Source: Oopsacas minuta (Eukaryota > Animalia > Porifera). From it: a stretch of DNA of 64,000 nt. The notes beneath the pieces were generated by a model. That model did not search any database, had not been told where the DNA came from, and saw nothing but the letters and a program-made list of their open reading frames with translations. Positions 1-13,819 of this stretch are shown piece by piece (the first letter of the stretch is position 1; each line of letters begins with the position of its first letter). The translations under genes were made by a program, and so were the position numbers. Location: assembly GCA_024704765.1 (NCBI GenBank), contig JAKMXF010000326.1:248001-312000 (forward strand), read 5' to 3'.

Positions 1-1570
1 AGTTACAAGCCTCAATATCGGAAATGATATGTTTGATTATGGGAAAAGAAGTTGGCTGACGAAGTGCCAAGTGGTATCAAACGAACAAGAGTCGAGAAAT
101 TTTGGCAAGCTCGAAACCAATAATCGAAAATACAGTAGTCAGAGGATCTTCAGGGTTATTTATAGATCTGATAATTTTACCACTTTTAAAGCTCACATCA
201 CTTAAGATATGCACTTCATCCATTTGAACAATTATGTGGCAGTCAATTTGGTCAAATGTTGTGGAAGTCTCCCTTAGAACTTTTAAGTACTAATTTTCTA
301 ATCCGATAGGATTATTAATTTCAATATATTCCTTCGTGTGGTAGGAACAAGCAATTTGAAAATAGGATAAGTCAGAAATTGCAGGAGATTGCCCATAAAC
401 CTGAGTCAGTATATTATAACAAAGATTATTTTCATCAGTGATTATATATTTCAGTTGGATTAAAAGTAAATTAAACAAAATTTTTATTGAACTACTGCAA
501 ATATTAGTTTCAATAAATTCTTGATCATCACTATTAGTTAATAGAGCAGTTGCGCAAGTTTAGTTATGTTATCACGATTCATATATGAGCTTGTACTAAA
601 ATGTTAGCGTCGGGAATTAGCGGTTGTAATGTATAAAATTCGATTTCAGATATAATGGGTTCTATTTCACATATGTCATTGATCTTGGATTCTGAGATCG
701 GGATTGAGTGTTTTCCATGAAAAGCTTGAGTAAATATATTCTCGTCAATTTTTAGTGTCCTTTCAATGTATAGTATCTGACCTGATATGAGTATTTTTAG
801 AAAAAAATTACATATATTTGGTGTCAGTGATAGTTCAGTCATTATTCAAATCAATTAAATCATTTTCATTTAACAAGTTTTGGAAGTTAGAATCCAAGAA
901 TTCAACAACTTATTTCTCTGATCACCACTTCTCATCATAATTGCGTTCTGTAGCATCTCTTTCCCTAATCTCTAATTTCTTCGACCAGTCTGCTTTATCT
1001 GTTATGTAACTTGGGCAGTTGGGAAATATGGTTGGAACCGCAGTCTCCATCAAGGCCATCATCTCTCGAGGATTCACTTTCCATTCCACTCCATCAAAAT
1101 AGTTGATAATCCTCACAATGTCCTCTTCTCTGAAATGGTTGATGCATACCTAGACGACTAATTCAGTAACTAAGTGTGATAATTATCTACGTAGCTTGCA
1201 TTTAGAAAAAATAAGATGAAAATAAGAATCAATGAGATTATGTAATCAATCCAGTAAAATTGTAATTAATTTTAGAACAGTGCTGTCTATTTTGGAATTT
1301 CGATTTGCGTGGTATTTAGAATTCTTGTAATTCAATTCCACGTAGGGTATGTATAAGACTATAAGTGAAATAAATATTAAAGTAAGAATTGAAATTTGAT
1401 TAATTAATTAACTGACACGTAGTTTAGCAATTCCCTCATAATCCTCTCTCGGTCTAGAGATAGTCCCAAACCACCTCTCATACATCCCTTTATCTTTGGG
1501 AATGAAATGTTGGCGTATGGTGCTCCTGGCTCTGGAAATTAGAATTACGTGCCGGAACGACACAAGTCAT
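1..1570 (-). mobile_element. Decayed P-element/THAP9-like transposase gene with a THAP domain split by an intron; runs off the window edge
   Basis: Minus strand gives the THAP N-terminal half (TCVVPARNSNF..FxPKDKGMYERW..RPREDYEGIAKLR). A GT-AG intron at 1416-1150 joins it in frame to VCINHFREEDI..AVPTIFPNCPSY. Further on are YNILTQV..IGLEN and IVQMDEVHI..KSGKII..RLIPLGTSS..IKHIISDIEAC, typical of the P/THAP9 core. Several stops and frameshifts. Confidence 0.8.
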
Positions 1571-2070
1571 CTTACTTTTGCATAAATTCAGAATTTCGTA
1601 ATACCTTGAGGCATGAAGAGCAGAGGCTACTAACCAATAGCGACATAGCACTGCAGTGTCACCAAGAAGGCCATTCAATGTAAGTCATTTCATGACAACA
1701 TTGTTATCATTGTGGTAAAAGGATTGTGGTCCTTTAGATTAACGACGAAAAAGTAACCCATGCCAGTTAATGCGATCCAAAATGATCCGGGGCACCACCT
1801 TTGATCGCCAAAACTGGTCGGGGTCAATTTATTATATTATTGTGTGCGTGATAAGCACTTGACCTGTTCAATGAGTTTTCTAATTCTATGAGATATTTGC
1901 CATCACAGGGTTAGTAGAGTTGGAGCGGTCAGGACCGGAAAGATCAGCAAGGTCTGTAATTTGAAAAGGTCGGTCTGGTCTGGCCCAGACCGGTGGGTCA
2001 CTACCAGTGGCATCAAATATATATTGGTATGCTCAAGAGAATATATATAAACAAAATGTATCAGTTAATA

Positions 2071-2600
2071 GCGCACTTCTCTTGCTAGGTCGCTGCGCGA
2101 CAGCTTAGTGCGGGTGTTAGCTTAAGTATTAATAAACAGTGAAACTTTACAATGTTATTGGCCGCTAGGGAAAAGAATACACTTCGCATTACGAGCCTCG
2201 ATTTCACAGAATAGTTAAATGATAATATTGTATTATACGTAGTCGATCCAAATTACATTGATCGACCTTTTATAGTGACAATGGAGATGCTATATCGCTT
2301 TGGTTAGTACTAGGGAAACTTCCGTGTCTGAAAGATTATGAAATTCTAAACAGTCAAGATAACTTAATAATCCCATGATGAGTTAGCTTTTGGTGAGGAT
2401 CATCACGTCAGGACATTTGTCACATTGAGGGGTACCTGTACCTATGGTTCAAATTACAATCTTCTATAATGTATATTGGCTGAGCTGTGTAATAATGTGA
2501 TTTATAAAAATCCACAAAGGTGACAATGGTGAAATAATTTCGTCATAGGTGTGAATTTCCAGGGCCGTATACAAGATGTGTCCTGGCGAACGGGTTTAAA
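2071..2600 (+). repeat. Dispersed non-coding repeat ('family X'), copy 1
   Basis: Shares ttgctaggtcgctg, tgag(t)tagctttgg and cgtcataggtgtgaatt blocks with 21463-22040; a related inverted copy lies at 55672-55850. Confidence 0.55.
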
Positions 2601-2949
2601 CAAATTTTTATAACTATTTGAAGTTGTTTACATAAGCATATGGAATGTCTATTCCAATTTCCCAAATAGTGTTCAGTATGAATCATAATGATAAATGTCT
2701 ATACATTAAACATGACATGGCCAACACAGGGGTTCTGTGAGAACCTGCCCCATCTGCCCCAAATACCTATATCTGATATTATATGCTACATGCATGATTT
2801 GATAAATTCAGCAATTTATATTATTTATTGTTACATATGCTAAGTATATGAGATTTAGTTCCACTAACGATGGAAACAAAGGCGCTTCAACTCATTACTG
2901 TCCGCATAATTTCGAAAAATATCTTCTTGGTTAAAGTTCCACATGGCTA

Positions 2950-4330
2950 CATTATTTGATGTTCTGTTTCCAGTTGAATCCTTTGGTTCAAATTTTCATC
3001 AGTCAATCTGTTTGCCAGTCTGCTCATTATTATCTTCATTTACTGAAGACCCTTTCACATTCTGCAGAACTACTTGGGATGGTACTCAGAATATGATATA
3101 TTGTTGTTAATTCAGGGAAAACAAAGTCTAGGTTCTTGGACTTCAGAAATATGTATGAATCAATGAAATTTGCAATCTTTGGACCAAAAAATCAGCTTGA
3201 TAACTGATACACAAGCTTGAAAAATGAATAAAATCTTTCAATATAACCTCAGAGTCCATTTGATATTTTTTAAGTAATTGTTCTATATTCTGCTTCAAAA
3301 TCTTATTATCAGTAGTTTCTAAAGTATTGAATCCCTGAGGCTGAAGGGTGACATGGATCCCAGAACATTGCGTTGATCTCGGAATTTCTCTTGCAGGACA
3401 TTGATGCTGAGTCTATAGCTATGTAAAATACTTCTATCTTCTAATTTTCTTTTGCTGAGGATGATCAATACCCTCATCCATTGTCAGACCTTTCTTTCTT
3501 TGGACTCTACTGCCTTCAAATTCTATTGATGAAATGTCAACTCTGTTGCAAACATCTCAGCTTTTGCTATCAGATCTTGTGAAGCTGAGTTTCTCAAGAG
3601 CTGCAGTTTATCACTTGCACTGTCCATCTCAGATATTGCGACCAGTAAATCAATACTTCCAGACTGAAGAGCTAAGTTTAATGGTGTCAGAATTCAAACA
3701 GTAGCAGTGTTGCAAGTGAATCAAATGAATTGAATATATGGAGGAGGCATTCCGCTTCCAATCGCACTGCTGCATCAAATTCAAGAGTGTTTCATAAATC
3801 TGTAGCGGTGTATCCAAAACAATTCTGTCTGCAGCATTATGAAGTGATATGAATCTGATTGTATGTGTGCCTGCCAGCTCAAGAGATTGAAGTGTGTATC
3901 CATGCATTTCTTTTTGTTTTCTTTAATTATTTGATTCCGTTTTCGAGCATTGCCGTACAGAAATGAATGTAATTTCTGCAGCTAACCTGGTTTTGCATCT
4001 GTCCCAAATATTCACAGCAGAAATAGAAGAGTGAGAGCAAGCTTTCATTACTAAATTTGATCCATGTGCTCCACAATACATAATAATTGAGATTGGTGCA
4101 AGTTCTTCAATACGGGTTGCAATTCCTACATATTGATCCTGCATATTTAATGCTCCATCAAATGAAGACCGAACGCAATGTTTCAATGGAATACTGTTAG
4201 GTTCCAGAGAAAATTTGATTTCTTCAGGGATTGCTCCCCCCATGGGAACTTCACACTGAACAAGATCAATAAGATGTTCTTCAACCTCCATTCCTCGGAA
4301 AAAACGCAGAGTAATTGCCATTGGTTCACA
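2950..4330 (-). mobile_element. Decayed hAT transposase (ZMYM1-like/Ac group)
   Basis: Minus strand: EEHLIDLVQC..SFDGALNMQDQYVGIATRIEELAP..YCGAHGSNLVMK (D and CxxH motifs), LNLALQSGSIDLL, and a C-terminal FPELTTIYHILSTIPSSSAECER dimerisation motif. Many frameshifts. Confidence 0.85.
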
Positions 4331-4469
4331 TAAAATTATATTCAGGCAAATATCTATCCTTGCCCCCTCGCTCTAGGATCTCTAATAACGCCAAAGTATT
4401 GTAAATGACAATGACAATGAATGACATCCAATCAATGGGGTCTAAGGTGAAATCCTTCACCTTCAGTAG

Positions 4470-4650
4470 ATGGATGTGCATCTCATATATTAAACTTGCT
4501 TGCTAAGGATATCACAGCATCACTTGTTATCCCCAGATCACTGAAGTAAACAAAGATTTCTGCAAGGATCACTGGGATCAAATCAAAAAGTATCAGAAAG
4601 CCACAGATACCAGTTGTTACACAATGGAATTGTCAGCTAGAATCTAAGCA
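4470..4650 (+). mobile_element. Short hAT transposase fragment from a different family
   Basis: GCASHILNLLAKDI (CxxH) followed after frameshifts by PVVTQWNCQLES (TRWNS-like motif). Confidence 0.55.
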
Positions 4651-4832
4651 TACTTTTATTTCTAATTGGATTATCTCTAAATATTTTGGAACGGAGTGAA
4701 GTTGCTATAGGTTCATTGCTAAAACATAAGTATTATTAAAATACCGCGAAGCTATGCATCTTCCAGCTGAGATTCAAACAATAGTAAGGGCGTAGACTCG
4801 GAATGTGGATTGGTAGGGCCATTGCTTCACAC

Positions 4833-5129
4833 CAGGGTTGCTGTGGGAATAAATATTAATTTCCATATTGCCATCCCACTCCCATAGGAATCCTTGGGAA
4901 TCCCCATGGGAATCCTCACAAGTATGTACCCAAGGGGCGCCCATGGAACATCTATCCATGTTCATACGATATACCTACAATTATTTTTCTAAATATGTTA
5001 TCAACACTATCATGATTATGAGATAAATTTAACTTACAGGATTCCTTTGGGATTCCCATAGGATTCTTATGAAGATTCTTATGGGGATTACGATTGGGAA
5101 ATCTCATTCCCACTCCCAAGGTAACCCTG
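4833..5129. mobile_element. hAT-type MITE with internal cccatgggaat/gggattccca repeats
   Basis: TIR cagggttgctgtgggaat / attcccactcccaaggtaaccctg; degenerate 8-bp TSD cttcacac / ccacacac. A degenerate relative lies at ~35863-35963. Confidence 0.75.
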
Positions 5130-6649
5130 CCACACACCATACCGGAGACTAAGCCTATGAATAGCGAATCTAGTATAAATGAATTTAAGGTGTCCCTAAA
5201 CCTCAATTATCTTTAGAAAAATATGGCCGATGATTACGAAGTCTCAAAGTACGTATTTTTACTATATAATTTAATGGGAATATTATAGAAATCGATTCTA
5301 AGCAATTATAGATAACGAATCGCGTTTCAAAACTTTTCACCCATATTCTATTCTAACAAACATTGTATCTTAGGATCTAGAAAGTTTTGATGTTTAGAAA
5401 GTATCATTGACTGAGGGAAAGTCAGTAATTTTGCTTCTATTGGTGATTAAATATTATTGATAACTAATAGAGTTGATGAATAATTATTTCCCAAAGAATT
5501 TAAGAATAATAGGGAAAAATTATCATTTCCATTATTATCCATGGTGAATGAAAACTTTACTTGCATTACTATCATGTAAAACTAAATTCCTTTGATTTTT
5601 CGCAAGATAAATAATTGAAATGCTTCACATACATTCCCACTAACGAAGTTGCATGTTTTGATACCCGATTTCTATGAGCCATATATTTTATAACACCTTA
5701 AGTGGAAGAGCTGATGTGAATACAAGATTAAAGAATGATACAAACAAGCAGTGACACCATTCTCATACTGGCAAACAATCAACATCCGAAATACATAGGG
5801 CAGAAGCGAAGTGTGAACAGCAGAGGAGGCAGAAACATAAATATTGGATAGAATGCTTCCTCTTACTACGACTATATCTATTCCAAGCAAAAGCAGAACA
5901 ATTTCCCATTTCAATATTCTTTGCAATGATAATTCAAAACCTTCAATGTGGTGAAGAAGTGTCATTTCTTTAAGAACCTAGTTCAAAATTAACTTTTAGA
6001 AATAGAGATGGATTTCATAATGTACCCTCCAGGTAGGCCCCTATGGAAAGAATTTTAACCAATTTTGGATTAATAAAGAACTAACTAAGTAACATATTGG
6101 GAATTAAAAAAGTTGCCAAGCTTGTATTCGGTTATAAAGGATGCCAAGAGCTAGAATGGGATATCATCAACTTTGTTAGAGTCAGGCATATTATGCAAGA
6201 AACGTTAAATACACGTAGTAATTGATTAGATCAGACTAATACACTTAGTAGTAAATAATTCTAGAAAATTAAATTCAAATATATTATAAAAATTTAATAT
6301 ATTGACGAATTTTGCCCAGTTTTGTTGAATATTTGGATATGCCTGTTTAAAACCTGTGTTAACCACTTGGCCAATATTAATTAACCCTGAATGCTATGGT
6401 AGGCTCCAGAAGGGTTGATGAAACGATGACGTTACCAATAAACTCTACGGTCTCAAATAAATCTAACAGAAAGGTCTACCAATAATCCCATCGTGGCTCC
6501 GAATCCACGTGTTATCATTATAATGACTTATATGTGAATACATATAAATCTACGTTCAATCTAGCAAATCTCAGTAATGTATTAGACAATACTAAATTAT
6601 TTACCAAAGCAAGAAGCTAATGAAATCGTTTAGTGATCCAAATCCACAA

Positions 6650-6860
6650 CCAGAGCAAGCTCTAAATACTCAATAAAACAATCGATATGTAGTCAGGCAT
6701 TTGTACAAAATCTGAAAGTTTATATAGTAATTCGAGAAGAATACCCGGGCTGCAATCCAAATACTGTAAAGCTTTACAGGGCCATTATTCCATGGATTTT
6801 GGTTTGTTGTAAGGATATATGGTGACTTGATACAAATTCAGCAAGCCTGAACATTGTTCA
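6650..6860 (+). mobile_element. Possible non-LTR retrotransposon RT remnant
   Basis: GCNPNTVKLYRAIIPWIL resembles the post-RT GCxxxTLxxLYxAxIRPxL motif of I/Jockey-type LINEs; heavily decayed. Confidence 0.3.
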
Positions 6861-8635
6861 TTAGATTGTTGTCAAGTCTCACGAATCCAAAGTTAGACTT
6901 ATGTATTTGAACAGAATGCAAGTTTGTTTTTCTCTTTGCATCTGAAGGCTGGCAAAATTTAAGATATTTATACAGTTGTTAAATAAGCCCTGAGATTAAC
7001 AAGATTTCTATCACATTTTATCTCTATAAATGATGTTGTAAATACAATATTCCTCAATCAAACCCATAAATTTTTCACCGATGTTTTTAGTTAACATAAG
7101 AAGTTCGAAATAGGTATTATGGAAAGATAATAAGAATGAAAAAGAAAATAGGAACAATATAATATTGATCGCTAAATGAAAAGTGATAAGTTATCTCTTT
7201 CAAAATCCCCTCTCTGGGTCCTGTTTCATTACGCGTTAATTAAATTCTCCAACACACACTCCTGGTCATCAATACTAAATTTGCATGATTATGGAACACA
7301 AACATTAAAGCAAATTGTTGAATATACATAGGTATTCAGAAGGTTCGCAACCAACCCTGCATTATATATATAGAGTGCATAATATATAATCGAAAGCCCC
7401 TGGAGGAATATCATTCATTCACTCAGAAAATTTGTAGCAGACCAGTGTAATCAATAAAATGGAACTTCCATAAACAAACACTTGTAGGGACATAAAAATT
7501 GTATAGTAATAGCAAAATGTAGGATTATGCGGGTACATATAAAATTATAATTAAACCCCAATTGTTGTCTATGTGTTTGTCCATTGTAAAGGAATGATTT
7601 CATACTGAAAACATTTAAAGTATTGCTCTCGAGGAGAATCAAGTGTATTTACTACGAATATCTATTTAATGAAAATTGTTAAAACATTTTCGTGTAAAGA
7701 ATGTGATGAAAATATCCGGTTTCTACTGAAATTTCACTCATCATGCCGAATTGTTTATTTTATAGATTGAAATGAAATATGTATATCTAAACAGTAAATC
7801 CCCCAATTTGCAATTCCTTGCAAATGTGTATTTCATACATTCGGAAGTGGTTTAAATCTGTCAAAGTATTACAGATATCCGTTTCGTACAATCAACTGAC
7901 TTCCTACTATATAAAATACCTTTTAACCCTAAAAAGTCATTTTTTAGGATTAATGATAAGATGCAGGTCATCTAGATCAAATTAGCAATTTTCCCCAAAA
8001 TTCAAAATATTATGGCCCGTAACCGAGATAAACACCAGCTTGTGAATGGATCCATTTATAGCTACGTCAACGGAGGACAATATAGTAAATCATGTTTAAC
8101 CGAAAACGTCCCAACAGTTTCAGGTGTTTTTCAAAGTGTTTCAGCTGGTTGGATTTTGAGGAAATTGTTTACATCTTGGAATTTACGAAAACTTATAAAT
8201 TTCCACTATACATATACATGCTGAGGATGATTATGAATCCGGTATCGGGTATTATAGTAAAATTACAAACCCTAATAATTATACTCTAAAAAGATTACAA
8301 TTTTTAGGTAAACTCAATGGAATTTCCTCATCTAGAGTATTAACGTTACAATTTGTATATATTATAATTTTGGATAGTTTCAAATATTCGAAATATATCA
8401 ATTACAAAAAAGAAGAAATATAGATACAATAATTATCCATTGTTTACTAACACAAACATTGATTCATAATTTCATTGAATTAGATCCATGGCCTATACAC
8501 AATATTACATTATTAGAAACAAAAATATCCGAATTATACATTGTTACAGAAATTTATGTACATTCGTATAATGGGTAATAAAACAAACAAAAAAGCTGTT
8601 GGTAGTTAAAATAATGGAATAATATATGTGTGAAC

Positions 8636-8764
8636 TTTAGGATGCACCTCTGTCTTACAGTACATAACCTTGCCCACTTATTGAAGTATTTCTGCCTCAC
8701 AGAATATTCCCTTACCCACTTTTAGATGCACCTCTATCTTAGAGTACATAACTTTACCCACTTA
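8636..8764 (+). repeat. Imperfect 45-bp direct repeat pair
   Basis: tttaggatgcacctctgtcttacagtacataaccttgcccactta (8636-8680) versus tttagatgcacctctatcttagagtacataactttacccactta (8721-8764). Confidence 0.8.
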
Positions 8765-8766
8765 TA

Positions 8767-9500
8767 CAGTCTGTTACATAATTATTCGGAATTTTAATAT
8801 ACTTTGAAAATATACCATAACTAAATAGAATCATTTTGTATTTGAAAGTGAATGATATTTTGAATTGTATAATAGTACATACGTAATTCGATTGTGTTAT
8901 TTTGTTCAATTAATCAATTTCTCGAACATTTCTGGATTATTCGTAAGTTTACCATTTATCTTCTCTTGTCTTAAGTATTAACTATTTCATATGGCTCAAT
9001 TGCATAAGAGAAATACTAGTAAGGTATTACTAGAAGCTAACAGCCATACCTCCAAAGAAATTGTTCAAATTGCTCATGTAAGCTTGTCTACTGTATATGA
9101 TGTAAAGGCCAAACTAGCAAAAGGAATTGATTTCTTCCATCAAAAAGGAGCTGGAATTCAATACTCTTTGAGAAATAGGATTAAACAGTCGATTAGCTAA
9201 CAAATAAGACAAAAACCATACTTATAATTAAGGACATTGGCAAGTAGAACTCCTATAACTGCATCCTACCAGAATGTAGGCCAAGCCTTAGTCGATTCCA
9301 AATATTGTAAGAAATATCCCACTAAAGTACCTATGCTGAGTGAAACAAATCGATTGTATCGTGTCCAATGGGCAAAGAAGTTTAATTAGCCAAAAATACA
9401 ATGGGCCAAGACTGTTTCTGCTGATGAAATATAGATCTGGTTGTCCAGGGGTCGAATGAAGATGTGGACAAAATCCGAGCAGAAAAGATTGGTCTCAATT
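8767..9500 (+). mobile_element. 3'-truncated Tc1-like element
   Basis: TA then cagtctgttacataattattcggaa (Tc1-like terminus); HTH-type ORF MAQLHKRN..AHVSLSTVYDVKAKL, then PMLSETNRLYRVQWA and TVSADEI..WL (first catalytic D); broken frames. Confidence 0.6.
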
Positions 9501-9549
9501 CATTAAAATGAACCAACTAAAAGTCAGATTTCGATTCTCAAAATTCGTG

Positions 9550-9990
9550 TACACATTTGTGTCGTATGAGCGTTTATGTTAATAATATTTCATTAAAAAA
9601 TATTGAAAACTCGCGAAGTTATGGCAATTCCAATTTCAGTGGTTAGTGGGCATTTATGAGGTACTACATAATTAGAGTCAGTTCTAACTCACATTTCTTA
9701 CCCTAAATGTAAGTGAACCTCAATTATTTTGATATTAATCAATAGATGAGATGTAAACGTTTATAACAATACTAATATTTTCTAGAAATACTGAAAATTA
9801 TCACCCACATCCACTTCTAATAATCGATAATTTCTTATTTTTTTGTGAATTACGAACTCCAACTTTGAACTCAATTCTGGAAATTTCCTATAGACAGAAT
9901 CGCCTCAAAATTTAGAGGTACCTTCCTTGATATTCTATAATTCAATTTCCTTAAAATAACAAGGGGTCGCTAGTACCTTTTATAGACTTT
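9550..9990. repeat. Left arm of a ~440-bp inverted repeat (candidate TIR of the NOF-like element)
   Basis: Reverse complement of 18370-18806, with about a dozen differences counted by eye (~97% identity). Confidence 0.9.
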
Positions 9991-12025
9991 GTCGTTTATA
10001 CACTTCTAATCTTCACCATTTTCCAAACGAATTTATTTGTGCATACAAGGAAGACAGTCTCAGTAAATGTTTGTCATGTTTGCAATATGATTGACGTCAA
10101 GCTTAGATAGTTACAATTCCAAATTCGAACAGTCTTTTTATCTATCCAACGAAATAGTTTCATCAACTGATAGAATATATCCACACACCGCTTTGCCATA
10201 ATAATAGTTTTTTGATATTTTTCTTCTTTTCTTGGTTTTGCTTTTGCGTTTTCTGACATATTTGACATTACTTGTTTCTTGCTCTTCATTATTTCGTCTG
10301 CCCATATTATAATTCATTGATCAGACATATTCATGGTTACCATTGAGTGTTGGCGTGCTCGCATTGGATTACACTCTCTTCGGAAATGTTCCAATTGTAT
10401 CAAAGTTTATCTGACTCTCTCATTTCTCTCATTTCGATGTTTATACTCGTATGTACTCTGTGTGCCTGTGAATTTCAATCTTACTCTTCATTGGTGGTAC
10501 CGAGATAAACCCAGGACAGATCACTCTAACTCCAGTTTCATATTCGGAACAGGGTAGTTCACTAATATTAAATCATTGGCATTTAGGGAAAAGCTAAATT
10601 ACTAACTTCCGTCACGCTTTTCCCTTGATCTGGTTCCGAAATATTATCACATATAGCCTATCCGACGGATTCTTCCCATCCATTGATTGCGGTTTTTTGG
10701 TAACCTCGGACTGTATTTATATACAAATATAATATTATTATGGAGTGATTAAAATATGTTTACGTCCATGGATTTACATATATTTGTTTCCCTCCAGGAT
10801 TACCAAGGGACATTAGGCTTGTGATTTGTGAAATGGTCTCCACAGTTCATTCTTTTGAAGCTCTCATCAGCAACTTGTTAATCAGCGCCTACATTCCCAG
10901 TTCAATTTGGGGATCGATTTGTAAAAAGGTTTTCTCGTATAATAGAGCTGACAAAAGGCAAAAAATCTATTTAAAATGGAAGAATAACTCTAACAACATC
11001 CAGTCAATTGTTAGAAGTGAATTGACCAGAAAATCCATATCTCAACGTGTAGCAAGCCACCTTGGTTCAGAGGATCAGTTACTAGTGAGTTATAGTCTTA
11101 CTAAGCTAGTCATGTCTAAGGGAGCATCGCTAATTACATCTAGTATTGCCCAAAGTTATAAGTAGAAGTGTAGTTGGATGTTCCATTTCGGTTTCATTAT
11201 TTCATAAGCTAGATTTATCGACACTTGAATTCGAGTTACGAGACGATAGGCTTCTTATTGTGTGGGCCTCATCTGCCTCTGATTGAACCGTGTATAACAA
11301 TTTGAAGAGTGATTTCAGTAATCCTATAGATAGTGAAAACTCGGAAGAAAATAGTTTATATTTCTTTAATAAATCTGAGGCTCAGTTGTGGGTAGATGGC
11401 GCACAGCTTTATGGGTTATTTAACGTTCTAAATATTTCTGGATTTTGGCAATTATTGGATGCATGTTTTTTTTGATGAGGGTTTTCATTTCATTAATGCC
11501 ATCACAAGTGCTTATAGCAATAGCTTTGTTGAGTGTGGTCCATTGTTAGTTTTGTGGTGAATTTTGTGGTTAGTTCCAACACAACTTGGTCATAGTTTAG
11601 TTTATCAAATGTTTGATAAAATTATGTGTGTTAAAGTGGAGAAATCTGACCTTTTTATTAGTTGGGTAGTGGAACAAAGAAAGGAATTCGATTTTATGGT
11701 ATTATCAGCTTAAAAATGTTTATTCTGAATACCTTGTTCGTGGTGAAAGTTCAGTTAGGAACCAATTCCCCTTCCCTAGGGCCACAATCCTAAGTGTAAC
11801 GTAGAAAGTGGAGAAGTTGTGGATACTGTTGGAGGTCAGCTCTGGAGTTGGCTTTGAGATTGAAAGTTGTGAATCTGGAGAATTTTATCACGAAATCACA
11901 GAATGGGATTGCTTGTGCATTACTGATTCGAACCATAGAATGCCATTAGTTCGTAATTGGATGAATGTATTCTCCTCTAAGTTTCATGATGTAAACAATA
12001 TTTGTGTTTTGAAGTTTGACTATTA

Positions 12026-12823
12026 CACAGGCCAACAAAAAAATACTTTTGTATCTGTTGCCTAAGATTATAAATTGAATTTAGACTATATTTGCTGTGC
12101 TGAATCCGAAAATGATATCGGCTTTGCTGGATTGGCTCTTGATTTTAGTCCACATTTATGTTCATATTGTTAGTTACCTTTGTAAATGTATATTCAATTT
12201 AATCAATACTTTTATAATTATAAGTATCTTGCATATTCTAACTCTATGGCATCGTGAAGAAGAAAATGTTCTAATTTTCCTAATACGTTCTGTTACATAT
12301 GTGGTGAATATACGTTGAAAGATCAAAGAAGAAGTATCTCAGACTTCGCGCGAAAGGCATATTTTGCTTACTTTGAGGTAAGCTTGGAGAGCAAGACAGC
12401 TCTTCATTATCTGGTCAATTCAATCAGGAAGAGCTCAAAGATCTAATCAGGGACCTCAACCTGTCTAAAGAGTGCTCGGAAATGTTGCATCTAGGCTCAA
12501 CGAGAAGAATATTCTTAGCCCTGAAACTAAGATAACATATTATCGTCATAGAGAAGAAGGATTACTCCATTACCTCAACCAAGCAAGAAGGCCTCGTCTT
12601 CTGCAATGACATTGGAGGACTTCTCCTGGAAATGGGAGTACCACAGTATAGACCAGAAGATCGGCGTCTATTCATTGATAGTTCCAAGAGAAGCTTGAAA
12701 TGCTTTTTATTACATAATGGAAATAAATATATATCTATCCGAATTGGACATTCAACAAAGCTTAAGGAAGAATAAGAAAATATTTAAATGGTATTGCAAA
12801 CATTGAAATATCATGAACACCAA
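12026..12823 (+). mobile_element. Chapaev3 (CMC superfamily) element, 5' part
   Basis: TTA then cacaggccaacaaaaaa terminus. ORF from 12246: MAS*RRKCSNFPNTFCYICGEY..KAYFAYFEV..FNQEELKDLIRDLNLSKE..RLFIDSSKRSLKCFLLHNGN..LKYHEHQ. Confidence 0.8.
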
Positions 12824-13819
12824 CTTTTCATCCATTTTAAACTTTTTGTCTATATTGTAACTGATCCTGTGCATTACTGAACTGTACACAGATGTAGAAC
12901 TGTATTAACATTTAAATTTCCACTATTAGATACAAACCTCCAACAGTTTGAAGGTAATTCAAAATTGTAAATTTAATAAATGCCGGACAAGAACTATGTA
13001 TCATAGCCCAGCTATAATCCATTTCTACTTTATTTATGTAAAAGTCTCTATTAATTACTAATTTTGCACTTAAACACCACTTATTCAAGAAATGTGAAAT
13101 TTCAGCTGTACCATGATCACTACTGATTATTTCTGCTACTGGTATTGGACTGGTGGAATACTCAGAATGCTGGATAGTTAGAGCATAATAAAATATTTTG
13201 TTAAAGCATGGAGGTTTACTAATTAGGGACCCAGGTACATCTAAACATATGACTACATCATGTCCCTTAAACAACTGTAAGAATTTTATTTGCTTAGAAG
13301 TTAGAAGTATACATATGTATACTAAATGGATCTTGCAAAAAGTACCGAGCATAACCTGGAATAGGGGAATCAGGGAGTAGATGACGAAGTACTGCTGAGT
13401 AACTGCTACATCTTCTATGTAAGAATTAGAAAAGCTACTAGCGGATTTCATTCATGATTTAACCTTCCTTAAACATTCCAAAGATTTAAATATGTTAAAT
13501 TTCCATAACAAAATCCTCCTGTTTTGTCACTATCGTTGAATTGTTTATTAAATATTTTGCTGACAGAATAATTATCTAACAATCCTCCAATATTTCTGCA
13601 CTATGTTACAAGATAAATTACGACTATAAGCATTCGTACCATCTGTATGATGAGTTGCAAGAGATCCTTCAGAAAAAACTTGACCACAACACGATTATTT
13701 AAATAATTCTCGTCCTCAATATAAAATACATATGCTCCACAAACAGGGAATTTAGACTCTGCTTTGCTCGAAAGAAAGGACTGTTTATCTTACGGCAATC
13801 AGACTTTTTCGACCAATAA

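Noticed and set aside
290-842. Two short ORFs first read as a Ulp1-like protease
   Set aside because: They fit better as the linker region of the surrounding P/THAP-like transposase.
4774-5206. 63-aa and 84-aa ORFs, and tandem motifs considered as a CRISPR-like or coding repeat
   Set aside because: Explained by a non-coding hAT-type MITE; no repeat-spacer periodicity.
8012-8230. VNGGQYS..VSGVFQ and, at ~33060, GVPQ as LINE RT remnants
   Set aside because: Single short degenerate motifs with no neighbouring RT blocks; not supportable.
10797-10870. GLPRDIRLVICEMV after an acceptor-like ccctccag, resembling an F-box start within the NOF-like element
   Set aside because: Only the LP..I spacing matches; too short to call without an HMM search.
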